From contig NC_068993.1 in the NCBI RefSeq assembly GCF_001194135.2, positions 49,557,504 to 49,621,503 on the forward strand: 64,000 nt of DNA, read 5' to 3'. This document shows, piece after piece, positions 1-12,560 of this stretch. Position numbers and translations under genes: made by a program. The notes beneath the pieces were generated by a model. The model was not told the DNA's origin. It was given only the letters and a program-made list of their open reading frames with translations, and searched no databases. Positions within the stretch are counted from its first letter, which is position 1. Each line of letters begins with the position of its first letter. Source of the DNA: Octopus bimaculoides. Taxonomy: Eukaryota.

Positions 1-77
1 CACATGTATTTAAAACTTTGTTTAGTCAAGTTTCACTTCAGAAGAAAACTTGAAGGGATCAAACCAACAAAGGTTTC

Positions 78-235
78 TCTGTCTAGTTGCTCAACCTACT
101 AGAAATAGCAACCAAATTTCCTACATGTTATACTGATCTTGAAAGACATTGGATTCTGCAGTCCATAGTACTTATATCCTTATATCTGAAAAAGAAAAAA
201 AATGACTTGATGGTCATGACTGGCCTTCCTTTCAT
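78..235. repeat. Dispersed repeat fragment (family F, SINE-tail-like, core CTAGAAATAGCA.CCAAAT)
   Basis: The core ctactagaaatagcaaccaaat recurs in reverse complement near 3950-3985, 17480-17520 and 34340-34370, and in related form near 12650-12700 and 24310-24345. Confidence 0.55.
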
Positions 236-1102
236 CATGGGGCTGTTTGATCAGAGCTGACTGCTTGAACAGATCTACGATAGGAATTAAATCATAATAG
301 CCTAAAATATGGTACAAACAAAATGAAAAACTTTATGGCAGTGTGTCAGGATATATATAAAAAAGGGAAAAAAAACCCAATGTATGTTTAAAGTTGTTTA
401 AGCCTGAGGTAACAGGATGGATGTCTAGGACAGGAAAAAAGCAAATTCAATTATTCTAGCCACTTTAGAAGTTACTTATCTCACATGTAATGTAAGTAGT
501 AATTCCTTAGACTTGAGGGACTGGTACTGAGATCTGGTTTCATGATCTTAAGCGAATAAGAGATAAAGTTCCAGATACCAGTTTATTGCCAGTGACATTC
601 CCAGTTGATGTGCAACCTATCATTTAGAGCCATTTAAGCCGAGATATTAAATTAAGTGTACTGCCCCAATATACACAGAAAGTACCTACAGCAGCTCTAG
701 ATTACTGGAATGAATTATTATTTGCTGATGGCACAAATTTTGAGGGCTCTTCTTTTTTTTCTTTCAGATTTCTAAGACTATATTTAAAATGATTTGATCT
801 CCGTTTCTTATAAGGTATCATAGTTACCTTTATTAATGTTTGTGTGTTCGTATCGGCAAATGAGGGAGCTTTATGTGAGAATTAGATTAGCTAGAAATAG
901 CTGCAAAACCTCTCTTAAATCATATCATACATCTAAAAAATGTACTTATTTGACAACATAGTCTGGAATACTCTGTGCTTTAAAAAAAAAAATGGTACGA
1001 TCATGCTGGAATTTCTTCAGTGATAAGTGTACTTTATCAGGGTTGACTTGGGGCTAAACAAAAAGAACATGTGCTTTGGCTGGGTTTTATGTAGTTTTCC
1101 TG

Positions 1103-1314
1103 TGGCCGTTTTCGTGCGGGTGACACGTAAAAGCACCCACTACACTCTCTGAGTGGTTGGCGTTAGGAAGGGCATCCAGCTGTAGAAACTCTGCCAAATT
1201 AGACTGGAGCCTGGTGTTGCCATCCGGTTTCACCAGTCCTCAGTCAAATCGTCCAACCCATGCTAGCATGGAAAGCGGACGTTAAACGATGATGATGATG
1301 ATGATGATGATGAT
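1103..1314 (+). mobile_element. 5'-truncated SINE/LINE-tail copy, family A, with (GAT)n tail
   Basis: Ends in GGAAAGCGGACGTTAAAC(GAT)n. Near-identical reverse-complement copies at 8640-8890 and 24934-25086. Confidence 0.9.
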
Positions 1315-2204
1315 TAAAAGATAGTTCTGGTACCAACTCTCCAAAATAGTTTTACAAAACTGCAAAGATAAGGCTTACAGTGGATATGAACTTAAATCTT
1401 ATGAAATGTAGACCGGCGTTGTATCTAACCGACAATTCTCTGAATGCTTATTTCTCATGAAGGAACTGCAAATGATGGAATAATAAGTGCAAGCTTACCA
1501 GCTGTATGCTCCATTATTGGTATCCTGTCGTTAGTCCAGTTCACCTAGCTATAAATAAGTATTATCGGCAACATAAAACTCAGTGCTTTAAAGGACACTG
1601 ATTAATTAATGTTTCATAGGCTTGCAATGATAGAAAGTAATAATAAAAAATATATAAACTAAACCCAAAAAAAAAGTAATGAAAAAGAAACTTGTTCCCA
1701 ATTTGTGATAAACTTACATCCTATCCAAAGAGTCTTTTTTTTTTCACTCTTGATTAATGATATGAAAACTGATAAGCTTCAGAACAGTAGGACACCTGTT
1801 AACAAAACCTAGCCAATAAAAGAACATTCCACTGCCAGGTAAAAGGAAAAATAATCCAGATGATTTAAAATGTTTATGAATTATTAAGCAGCAGTTGTAG
1901 TAGAAAAGACTATCTATCATCTTTAGAAGACGAAAGGTCACCTCTTTCCTTACAATACTAACTCTCAATCATTCATCAATTTAGCAGCTGTATAGTCAGA
2001 ACCTTTAGTGAAAAATCTTCACTTTCTAAGCCCTACCAATCTATAGAAATGTCACATTAACATACATCTACATACTCTCACTACCACCACAATCACCACA
2101 TATTCAAAAGTAAAGTGGAGGTGTGTGTGCTTGACAAATTTTGGTTATAAATTTTATATATCTGTTAATGATTGTTATTGCTATGATTTAACACTATCAA
2201 ACCA

Positions 2205-2235
2205 TTTTTCTTTTTCTTTTTTTTTTTAGGTAAGT
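2205..2235 (+). promoter_or_regulatory. Juxtaposed 3' and 5' splice sites (poly-Y AG|GTAAGT), candidate recursive splice site
   Basis: A ~23-nt pure T/C tract, then AG at 2228-2229 and GTAAGT at 2230-2235, with a branch-like TTTAAC about 35-40 nt upstream. Confidence 0.45.
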
Positions 2236-2845
2236 ATCTTCCAAGATATCACAAATTTTACGAAGCATTTTTGTTCAGTTTGTTGAAAAAGAATTTTATT
2301 TTTTTCAACTGGATATCAGGTAAATGAATTTGATTTATTTCATTGAGGTATAATCCTAATAAATTAAGAAGTGAATCACCATTTTAGTAAATTGCTTATT
2401 CGTTGGAAGTTTGAGAATGTGTGTATGCATGTGGGTTTTTGTGAAATAAAAACCAGAGCTAGAATTCTTTAGCTAATTTCTTTCACTTCAGTGAAAACTA
2501 ATGCTGCTTTCAAAGAAAAATCTCTGCTTTATTTTCAGCAAGGCAAATAGATTATAGGAAATAAATGTTCATGTTACCACAGTGGAACATTTCTTATTTT
2601 CATCCCTAATTTCAAATGTAGTAGTGGTGGTGGTGGTGGTGATAGTTCTGGTGTTGGGGTTATTTACTTATGCTTTTATGTTTTCCTTTTTTTCTTTTTT
2701 CTTTTTTCATTTCTGAGGAGTTGAAAGAGATCTGTTGATATTCATTTCTCTGGCATTTTAGCAGTTCTGCAACTTGCCGATTTCCTCAGGAATAGGGTGA
2801 AAGAATTCCAGAAAATAAAGTTGATTTTTCTTGTAATCTTTGGAA

Positions 2846-2886
<41 letters not shown>

Positions 2887-2938
2887 CATTATTTGGTTAT
2901 TCTGTTTGTGAATTGATATTTGATTTTTTAGTTTTCAA

Positions 2939-3118
2939 ATAGAGTTTAACTGCATTTTTAGCTGTTTAAATAAGAATTTGACTACATTTTAGCTGTTGAA
3001 AAGGGTTTGACTGCATTTTAGTTGTTTAAATAAAGGGTTTGATTGCATTTTGAGCTGCTTAAAATTAAGGGCCTTACCAAATTTTTAGCTGTTTAAATTA
3101 GGGATTGGCTGTATTTTA
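2939..3118. repeat. Minisatellite, ~30-33 bp unit (AGGGTTTGACTGCATTTTAGCTGTTTAAATA), about 6 degenerate copies
   Basis: Units readable directly, e.g. agggtttgactgcattttagttgtttaaataa followed by agggtttgattgcattttgagctgcttaaaatta. Confidence 0.85.
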
Positions 3119-3834
3119 TAAGTTCCAAAGTTCAAAGTTCCTGCACCTATGATTTTGTGAAAATTTTAAGAGGCAACTCTGTGCCTGTGCACATATATGT
3201 ATGAAAATATATATATGTATATAGATGACATGCAGTTTGATATTAGCTTCGAGCAAGCTTCCAACTACTAAGTATAACCTGTCAACTCGATATTGCTGTG
3301 GTCCATGTCATAAAGTGACTATAAGAAAAATGAATTATATGGCTTATAATCATTAACTTCGATTTCCAGAATAGGATTTCAAATTAAGTTGGATAAATTG
3401 CTGGAGAGAATACATTTGTTTGTTTATATACCTGTCCAACCTGTTTGAATCTCAAGACATAATTGCATGAAAGGCACTTCTTTCTACAATCGCTTTATAC
3501 TTCAACTGTTATTGAATAATCACACCAACCTAGCTATTGTAATCCTATAATCAGAGTGTGATTCTATTTTTTCATTCGATTTTTATATAGGAAATAATAT
3601 AATGATGACGATGTTGATGATAATGATGACAGTGATGGTTAAAGATAAATACATATCCTTGTAAAAAGAAATACTTAAAGTTGATAAGTACTTTGACTCA
3701 TACTCTTAAACCTTCTGCAATCTGACTATGAATATGCAAGAAGTGAGTCTTTGAACAAATAAATATAATTTGAATCATGCTTCTCACTTTTGTTGTTGCT
3801 GTTTAACCCTCACATCAAACTGATTGGACAGATC

Positions 3835-3990
3835 TACAATCAAAGACATTCCAGCTATTAGTGTCCATTAGGTTCTTCTAAAGGGTACATTGGACTACAT
3901 CTTGCCATCTTCTGTGTTTATCTAAGGTGGTGGTTTGAGATTTGAGAGAGATTTTGTGGGTATTTCTAGCAGGTTGAGCAACTACATTTA
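3835..3990. repeat. Dispersed repeat fragment, family F (opposite orientation to 78-235)
   Basis: Contains tatttctagcaggttgagcaac, the reverse complement of gttgctcaacctactagaaata at ~86-107 apart from a few mismatches. Confidence 0.6.
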
Positions 3991-4179
3991 GGCATCTTTG
4001 TTAAACATATCTCTGGTTGAGATGGAGTTATGAAAAATTATAGACATTTTAGTGTAAGAACAATTCCTTTTAATATACTATAATCTTTTCTTTACATCAT
4101 AAATGAAATATAAACAGATAAAAGTAGCCATAATTACTTGTCCTGGTATTGGAAACCTGGTTATCCAACTTTATTCCTC

Positions 4180-4385
4180 TTGCTCTACTATATTCTTCTT
4201 TCTCACCTATACCTTTTACGATAACCTATGCTCTACTTTATCACCTATGCTCTTTTTGCTTGCTATACTCCTTGCTCAATTATTCTCTTTTTCCTCACAT
4301 ATACTCATTTTGTGCATCTGTGTTTATCTTGCTCAGCTATACTCATCTTGTTTTATTTATTTAGCTCAGTTATTCTCCTCTTGCT
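4180..4385. repeat. Decayed pyrimidine-rich tandem repeat (~20-30 bp unit, CTTGCTCAGCTATACTCATCT-like)
   Basis: Recurrent TGCTC...TA(T/C)(A/T)CTC units. These explain the hydrophobic ORFs 4103-4390 and 4149-4364. Confidence 0.6.
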
Positions 4386-5553
4386 TGTAGTGTTTGGTTA
4401 ATTTAGCAACAGCAATACATCTAAGTTGTAAGTGTATCTGGAACTACAGACTTTTGGGTTAGATTTAGTATTTTTGCCAACTACCTATTTGTCAACCTAT
4501 TTGCCATGGATCTATGCAATCTAAACCGATTTGTGGCTCTGCCACCACCACCATCACCACCACCACCACCACAGCAAAATCAAAAACTTATACTCCTTCT
4601 ACGTGAACTTCCTCAATCTCTTGAAGTGGGGAGAGAGAGAGAGAGTGAGTGTGTGTGTGAGTGTGTGCAGATGTGTGTTCATAGCCAATAAATTCATTTT
4701 GATTTTCAAGAGGGAGTGAACAAATAATTTTCTCTTGAAATTCATACAGTTGAAGCTATTGCTCACACCACTAACTCGCTGATTGAGAATATTTTGCACA
4801 ACTTCGAATATAGTTTTATGTGAACTTGTGTATTTATTACTGTTCTTATATTTAGATGTCAGATGGAGATGAATGACTCAAATATCAAATCTGTGATATA
4901 ATAACAAAACATATCATACTGACATTTATGTGATAATATAATTTATCTCATCAGCAACATTAAAAAACTGTTTACTAGATCATTTTTTCCTGACCTATTT
5001 ACTTTTAGCCTCACCCCACAATTTTTTAATAATCAGTACAGCAGATAAGAGCTATTTTTATATTTTATTTTAGTTATTCAAATTGTGTTTCAAATCAGTA
5101 AGTTGTACATATGTGTTTTGTTTAGATTCATGCGATATCAGAAATAAGCTTTATTGGTGTTAAGCTTCAAAATTATAGTTTAAAGAAAATTGTATAATCT
5201 TTTTTGCAAGTCAGGATTTTCTGAATTGTGGAAATGGTAAAATAAATAAGTAAACAAAATACAATTCAAATGGCAAGCAAAACCCTTTTCTCTTTTTCCC
5301 TTTTTGTTTGTTACTAGAATTTGCCCCTCCTCTTCTTGAGGGATTTAATGATGACAAAACCAAGGGTGTTCTAGATTTTGTCATTCAACCCATTCATTTC
5401 TGTGGAAGATTAAAATTTTATCCCATATTCGTTATTCAAGATTTATAGTGGCCCAAATGAACCAAATTTTCAGGAGTGTTTTATAGATTTTGTTATGTTA
5501 TTTATTGTTGTCATCATTATGGTCATCATCATTGTCAATATCATTAATGTTAT

Positions 5554-5653
<100 letters not shown>

Positions 5654-6811
5654 TAATTTTCATTTTGTTTTATCATTATTGTTGTGATATTGTTATATTT
5701 TTAGCTTTTGTTTTTAGATTTGGTTTCTATTCTCTTCCTTTACCCATGGTGTGTGTATGTTTTATCGTATATATTTGTTTAGATTTTCTGTTTAATAATA
5801 AATTAATTTTTATCATTCTTTATACCAACCACCAACCCTAGCTCCATTTTTCATTTTCATATGTCCTTTCTTTTGTTAATTTCTTGTATTTTCCTAGATT
5901 TTTTTTCCTTCACTTTTTTACTCTCTTCTTCTTTTCTTTATAACATTTCTCTTAAGAGCTAAGAAACCATCTTTTGGTTTATTCATGATATGACAAATTC
6001 AAGAAATATGTCACCCCTGAACCATAAGTGATGGTGTAACACAAAGTTAATCTCACTCAAAGACTTTCGAGGCATTGAGCTTCTTTCCTGAGACAAATAC
6101 TTCATTCTTTATTGAATTCAATGCTGTTAGTTGTTCTACAAGATTTAATGTCACCTGCACCTTGAAGGCATGTATATTAAATAAACCTTGGCCAACCTAA
6201 AATTCCTGAATTTCATTAAATATCCATAACAAATGACTGTTGCAAAGCTATGGCACTTTGGTCGCTTTTTATTCCCTATATTCAGATTTGTCTAAATTAT
6301 TCTTGTACACTTCCCTCGGCAAATGGTATTATCATGTAAGTGAGCGGGAACATCTCTACAATGGCTTCATTCATTCCTCTTATTGTCTTGCTCCCTACTA
6401 ATTTTGTCTTGAAAATGTGAGTACTTCTCTAATGTTCTATATTCATGCCAGAGGTTTTTAGTCATTCTCACACATTTAAAAGCTTCATTTTAGTGAGCTG
6501 TGAATGTAAGAATACTTTTAATACATATTCTTATCTGTACATTTCTTATGCTAATTTCCCCTGCCAATTACAACTGCATTAGCACCAGTGTCTTGCCACA
6601 ATGATAAATCTACTTAACATGAATGATGACTTTTTAGTGTGAATGATATTTCAAGTTGCTGAAAATCTCTTTGTTTTTAACCATCAAAATATTTTGTGAA
6701 TTTCTTATTAAAGCTAACATTTTCTGCTAAGATTTATATATCAAAACTATTCTGAACATAAATACAAAGAATTGTTTTTAGTATAAAGTGGACAGATTTA
6801 CTATAAAAGCT

Positions 6812-6842
<31 letters not shown>

Positions 6843-7329
6843 ATAGAATCTTTCTATTCTTTCTATTTTTGCCAATTTCTTTTGCTACAATATTCTTTTC
6901 ATAATACCAACCAGCTTCTGTTGCAGTTAGTTTCTATTTCAAAGTTGTACATGAAAGAAAAATTCTTATTTCCAGATTTATAATACACTGTACAAATCTT
7001 ACAGTGATATAATCCATTTAGTTAGAATTTGATAATGCAAATCATCATATTAAAAATAAACTAAAATTACTTCATTTAACTGATGAGACAACCTAAGAAA
7101 ATATTTTTATTAAAACTATTAAGAAAATAAATCATCTCAATTTTTGAATTCCTTAAAGGCTTTAAGCTTGTAAAACAAAAGTTACTGTTATTTAACCCCA
7201 GCTCGGTCCAATCAATCTGACTGATTTGGAAGATTAATAGCAGTTCAGTTCACTGAATGCTATTGTTAATATTCAAGATTATGTAACTATCTATATGTTG
7301 AGAGATGCAATATATATCTTTTTCCCTTT

Positions 7330-7545
7330 CCTTTTATTTTTTACTTGTTTCAGTCACTTGACTGTGGCCATACTGCGGCACTGCCTTGAATTTTTAGTGA
7401 AACAAATCGACCTCAGTATTTCTTTTTAAAGCCTGGTACTTGTTCTATCAATCTCTTTTGCTGAGTCACTAAGTTACGGGGATGCAAACACAGCATCGGT
7501 TGTCAAGTGATGGCGGTAGGGGACAAGCAGACACAAAGACACACA
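7330..7545 (-). mobile_element. SINE family B, 3' half
   Basis: Begins TTACTTGTTTCAGTCA(C/T)TTGACTGTGGCCAT, the same as the copies at 12370-12560 and 17790-18000. Confidence 0.85.
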
Positions 7546-7599
7546 CATAGATATATGTGTATATATGTATATATATATATAAAGAAATAATTGAGATTC

Positions 7600-7685
7600 T
7601 GTTGAATTAGGTACTTATGTTGAAGGAGTGCTCCAGCATGGCCACAATCAAATGATTGAAGCCAGTAAAAGAATAAAAGAATAAT
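7600..7685 (+). mobile_element. SINE family B, 3' tail with (TAAAAGAA)n end
   Basis: gtgctccagcatggccacaatcaaatgattgaagccagtaaaagaataaaagaa is the reverse complement of the start of the 7330 copy, about 80% identical by eye. Confidence 0.8.
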
Positions 7686-8469
7686 ATATATATATATTTA
7701 TACACACACACACACATCAATACATAGATATATGCATGTGGTTTTTGTCCCATGCACTTATGGTTGGTGAGTACATCAGTCCCTTGAAAGTAAGACCAGG
7801 GGAACACCAAAGAGCCATAATCAGAGAGGAAACAGAAAATCAGGCATGAGTGATCATTTGTGGAGGGTAAAAAAAAAAGGATTCACTAACTTTTGTGGAA
7901 TAAAGACATGATAATACCATGGGAATAATGCAGCAAGATAAGATGCCCCTTTCTGATAACCTCAGTAGTTCTAGCATAAAGATAAACACAATAGGAGCCT
8001 TTAAGAAAGATAACAGAAAACCTAAGATAACAAAAGCAATAAGCAAAAGTTTGGCTTAAAGCTTCTAATTTCCGTTAAGTAATTGTTCTACAAGACACAG
8101 TGGACACTGTGAATATAAATGTCAAGTGTTGAATCCCTGGGTTATTATGTCTATATACACTTTATTTCAAGTTGAACGAGCAAATAGCATCACGAGTATG
8201 AAATTGCAAGGATAATAGAATGGGAGAAGTCTAGCTTGGTTGGTTGAATATAGGGCCTGGTTTAAAATTTCAGGACATCTCTATACATCTGATACCCAAA
8301 GAAGGTTGGAGTATATGACAGCTAAACCATTGTGAATGCAACAACCAAAATGAAGACAATAGTTGGAGTATATCAATGTAATGATGACGATGATGATAAT
8401 GATGATATTTATCCTTGAAGATTCTGGCACAGAGCCAGTGATTTTGAGCAGATGAGGAAGTCAATTTCA

Positions 8470-8637
8470 TCACCACCAGCAACCTCAGTGCTCAGCTAGT
8501 ACTTATCTTATTAACCCTGAAAGGATGAAAAGCAAGTTAACCATGGTGGTAGTTTAACTTAAACATACATAAAGAGCTGGACGAAATGCCACTCAGCAGT
8601 TTGTCTGGTGCAGTAACAATTCTGCTAGCTCACTGCC
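8470..8637 (-). mobile_element. SINE family C, degenerate
   Basis: Aligns by eye to the reverse complement of 56951-57165 (agtacttatctta..accctgaaaggatgaaa; aattctgctagctcactgcct). Confidence 0.75.
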
Positions 8638-8639
8638 TT

Positions 8640-8890
8640 CATCATCATCATCATCATCATCATCGTTTAACGTCCGCTTTCCATGCTAGCATGGGTTGGA
8701 CGATTTGACTGAGGACTTGTGCAACCGGATGGCTACACCAGGCTCCAATCTAATTTGGCAGAGTTTCTACAGCTGGATGCCCTTCCTAACGCCAACCACT
8801 CAGAGAGTGTAGTGGGTGCTTTTACGTGTCACCCGCACGAAAACAGCCACGCTCGAAATGGTGTCTTTTATGTGCCACCCGCACAAGCCT
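8640..8890 (-). mobile_element. SINE family A with (CAT)n tail
   Basis: Near-perfect reverse complement of 1103-1314, extending further toward the element's 5' end. Confidence 0.92.
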
Positions 8891-8908
8891 TAATAATAAT
8901 AATAATAA

Positions 8909-9128
8909 TTTCTGATTTAGGCACAAGGCCAGCAGTTTTGAGAGGAGAAAGTGTAGTTGATGTTATCTTACCTGCGCTACATGACTAATATTATATTTTC
9001 TTTCAATTGGCTCCAGAAGGATGACAGTTGATCTTGGCAGGGTTTGAACTCAGAATGCAAAGAACTGAAAGAAATACTGCAAATACATTTTGTCTGATGC
9101 TATAATGATTCCATCAAATCATTGTTTT
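8909..9128 (-). mobile_element. SINE family C
   Basis: tttaggcacaaggccagca at the start and gggtttgaactcagaatg (reverse B-box region) inside match the family C copies. Confidence 0.8.
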
Positions 9129-9129
9129 T

Positions 9130-9330
9130 ATATCTGCTTTCCATGCTGGTATGGGTTGGATAGATCATCACAATCTCAGTCAGTTCCTGTTCTGAGTCAC
9201 TACTCTTTTAGATGGCTCTGAAGATCACATTTTGCCTGTCTAGTTCAATTTAGGCTTTATTTCTATGTCTGGATGTTTTACCTGGTGCCTACTTCTTTAC
9301 AGAGTGCCCTGGGTGGATTTATTGTGACAC
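9130..9330 (-). mobile_element. Old, degenerate family A-like copy
   Basis: ctgctttccatgctggtatgggttgga resembles ccgctttccatgctagcatgggttgga; ggatgttttacctggtgcc resembles ggatgcccttcctaacgcc. Confidence 0.55.
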
Positions 9331-9384
9331 TAACACTATGGAGTTGCATGCACGTATGTATATATACATGTATGTGTGAAGGTA

Positions 9385-9658
9385 TGTTTCCTAGTGGTTA
9401 ATGATGATGCACTCACAATTGTGAGATCGTGGTTTCAATTCTCAGACTGGCTGCAGCATTGTGTTCTTGAGCAAGACTCTTCATCTCACATTGTTCCAGT
9501 CTACTCAGCTGTAAATGGGTAACTCTGCTATGGACTAACCTTCCGATCAGGGGAATGCTGGTCTGCTCACCTGGCCAGTGGGGTGGCATCATTCAAAAGC
9601 TAAAACGATGTAAAGGGCATTGTTATCAGCAATGTATAACAATATCTGATAGTCTGGT
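9385..9658 (+). mobile_element. tRNA-derived SINE (family E head)
   Basis: A-box-like CTAGTGGTTA and B-box-like GGTTTCAATTCTC. The core ttgagcaagac...ccagtctactcagctg is shared with the reverse complement of 20520-20590. Confidence 0.75.
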
Positions 9659-9700
9659 TGATACAATGATACAGTGATATATATTTATGTATATATACTT

Positions 9701-9890
9701 TAGGCGTGGGCATGACTGTAGGCGTGGGTATGGCTGTGTGGTTAGGAAGCTTGCTTCCCAGCTACATGGTTTCGAGTTCAGTCCCACCGCATGGCACCTT
9801 GGGCAAGTGTCTTCTGCTATAGCCCCGGGCCGGCCAAAGCTTTGTGGTTGAATTTGGTAGGCGGAAGTTACTGCCGTGTGTGTATATGTC
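9701..9890 (+). mobile_element. SINE family B, 5' tRNA-like head, with an 18-bp tandem duplication at its 5' end
   Basis: TGGCTGTGTGGTTAGG (A-box) and GGTTTCGAGTTCAGTCCC (B-box-like). Reverse-complement homolog at 18815-18983. Confidence 0.85.
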
Positions 9891-9913
9891 TGTGTATGTG
9901 CTTGTGCCTCTCC

Positions 9914-9948
<35 letters not shown>

Positions 9949-10051
9949 GGATACTTGTTCATTTCTTGCTGAGGATGCAGAATAAACTTTTCTGTATGTA
10001 TTGAGTACCCTTCTGATTTTAAACCCTAATGCTTATATGTATATGTATGTG

Positions 10052-10058
<7 letters not shown>

Positions 10059-10125
<67 letters not shown>
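10059..10125. repeat. (AT)n microsatellite
   Basis: Direct reading. Confidence 0.98.
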
Positions 10126-10129
<4 letters not shown>

Positions 10130-12369
10130 TTAATAAATAGACTTAAGTAAATAATTGATATTTCTATACAATTATACACATACATATACAAAGTAACTCA
10201 TAATCACCGTATGGATTATTTGTGGCTCCTGCAGCAACAGGTATATACACTCGGTTAACTTATTCAAAATAAACATGCATGATAACATATAACAACCAAT
10301 TTAACTTTAGCTTTCAGAAATCCCCATGTGTGTGTGTGTGCGCTTGCATGCGTGCACACATACATACACATTTAAACCTCCTGTTTCTCCAACTATCTCT
10401 GAATTTTGTCAAAAATAATCCTTAGCTACAAAATGCTTTTCAAACATCTCTGCTGGGTTAAAAAAAAACAGAAAAAAGAAGCTTTGTCTTTCAGTTTATA
10501 ACAAAATTTCTGATAACATCAAACAATGATTCAATTTTCAAAGAAAGATTATTTGAACATATTTTACTTATCACACATTGGGTGATAATCTCCAGCTTTT
10601 GAAAAGACATCTCTCTCTATCTACACTCTAACTACTTTATGTTGAGTTGCTTTATTTATGGAAACAGATAGAAAAAGACAGAAAAGAGAGATAGGGGTGT
10701 ATTTATGTGTGTGTGTGTGCGTGTGTACTTATGTATACATGCACATACACATATAATATGCTTATATATTTGTGGAAGAATAGGAAATAATCTTAAATGC
10801 TATTTCTAAAATTTGTTAATATACATATATGTAGATATATGTGTATATATAAGTACATCATATAACACACACACACAAATATAAGCAGATGAGGGGTGTA
10901 TACTGAATGGCATTCACAATTCTTTATTTATTAAAATTTCCTTTGAATTCTGAGAAGATAAGCCAAAAAAATTAGCAGTGATTGTTAGTGATTGAATGGG
11001 AATGGGGGAAGGTAATTGCAAAAATTAGATCTGCGGAGAATTATCATTATTAATGAGCTACAAAAAAAAAAGACAATCTGATTTTTGTTTCAATAACAAG
11101 AGAAGCCTAAGATACATGTTTTTGCCTTAACAGACATCATCAGCATAGCATTGCTCTTCTGACCTCTGAACAGGTTTTAGACATTTGACTTATAGAGTAT
11201 AGTTGAAAACCTTCTTGGTCAAGCATAATTTCCATAATTAAGATGAAAAGGAGCTAAGAGAAAATATTTCAAAAGGGCCATTTGCGTGAATTTAGATAAC
11301 AAAGTTAATAGAGGGTGTGCTGTATGTTGTAAAGGCAAATTTTTAATTTATTTAAATTTCTTTCAAGGTCAGAGAAGGTAAACAAAAAACTTTATTGTTA
11401 GTGAGTCTGAATTGTTTGTATAACATTTATTTTTGAGTAATAGCTGCCAAATCCCTTTTCATGCCACATCTGTTTATTCTTTGTCAATAATGGAGATGGA
11501 GAAAGACAGCAAGTTGAATTGGGGTGGTATCAGAAGAAATGCATGAATCTGAAAGAGAGTAGTAGTGTCAGTAAAATTAAGATTTGAAAATACATTTATG
11601 TAATATTGAACTTCTTTGATGTCCTTTCTCATTCAGTCACTCTTTAATCTTTCTCTCTATTTCTTTCTGAAATTGTGAAGCTATGAGTGAAGACTGATGG
11701 TGATGGCAGGAAATCAGTCACATAAATATTAGGTTATGAAACTTCCCTTTGAGTGAACCTTCAAACCAAATTCTACAAGTTTGATTTGAAGATTGATATA
11801 TTAGACAATACAATGTTGTTTTTGATGGATGAATCAATGGGATGGACATGGCTTGAAGGCCTTTTAATCGTGGGTTGCTCTCTCTATCAGGTCATTTTTG
11901 GAGTTAAATAACAACAATAATTAAACCAAGTTTACAAATTTATAAGGAATTAACTAAATTAAATGCATATAAGCCCTTAGTTTCAAAACATATAAGCCCT
12001 TTAAATACTCCCATGCTTATTTCATGCAAAATAATGACACTAACTGATGAGTACACTTGTCTTTTGAAGGCATTAAAAATGGTGACACATTAATTAATTA
12101 ATGGGAGTCTTATTTTAAAAATGAATTCAGGGATGCTCTAATTGTACTTACCAACAGCATCAGTAAGAGAGATAACAAAATCAGACAATAATGAACCACT
12201 CATGTAGCCACTTTATGTTGTCTTAATCTTGAAGACATAGCAGTCAAATCTCTTTCACATCACACCCTGTTAGCTTATATTTATGTTAGCCAATGACAGA
12301 GAAATCTACATTGTAGCCACACCTCGTTGAAACATCACCCAAAATCTCTCTCAAATCAAATATAATCTT

Positions 12370-12560
12370 ATCTCTTTTGCTTGTTTCAGTCATTAGACTG
12401 TGGCCATACTGGGGCATCACCCTGAAGAGTTTATTCAATCAAATTAACACCCACAATTATTTTCATGTCTGATACTTACTCTATCGATCTCTTTTTGCCT
12501 AGCCACTAAGTTGTGGAGGCATAAAGAAACCAATGCCCACAGTGAAGCTGTGACAGACAA
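12370..12560 (-). mobile_element. SINE family B, 3' half, degenerate
   Basis: gtttcagtcattagactgtggccatactgggg and tacttactctatcgatctctttttgcc match the 7330 copy. Confidence 0.8.

Noticed and set aside
2740-2830. LRR-like IPEEIGKLQN on the minus strand
   Set aside because: A stop codon follows immediately, with no further repeats or splice donor.
4506-4691. Proline-rich or His-rich ORFs
   Set aside because: They come from a (CCA)n tract and adjacent (GA)/(GT) repeats, with no splice or homology support.
5338-5396. Possible pre-miRNA hairpin (ATGACAAAA/TTTTGTCAT)
   Set aside because: Only ~9-10 contiguous pairs, too short and unstable for a miRNA precursor.
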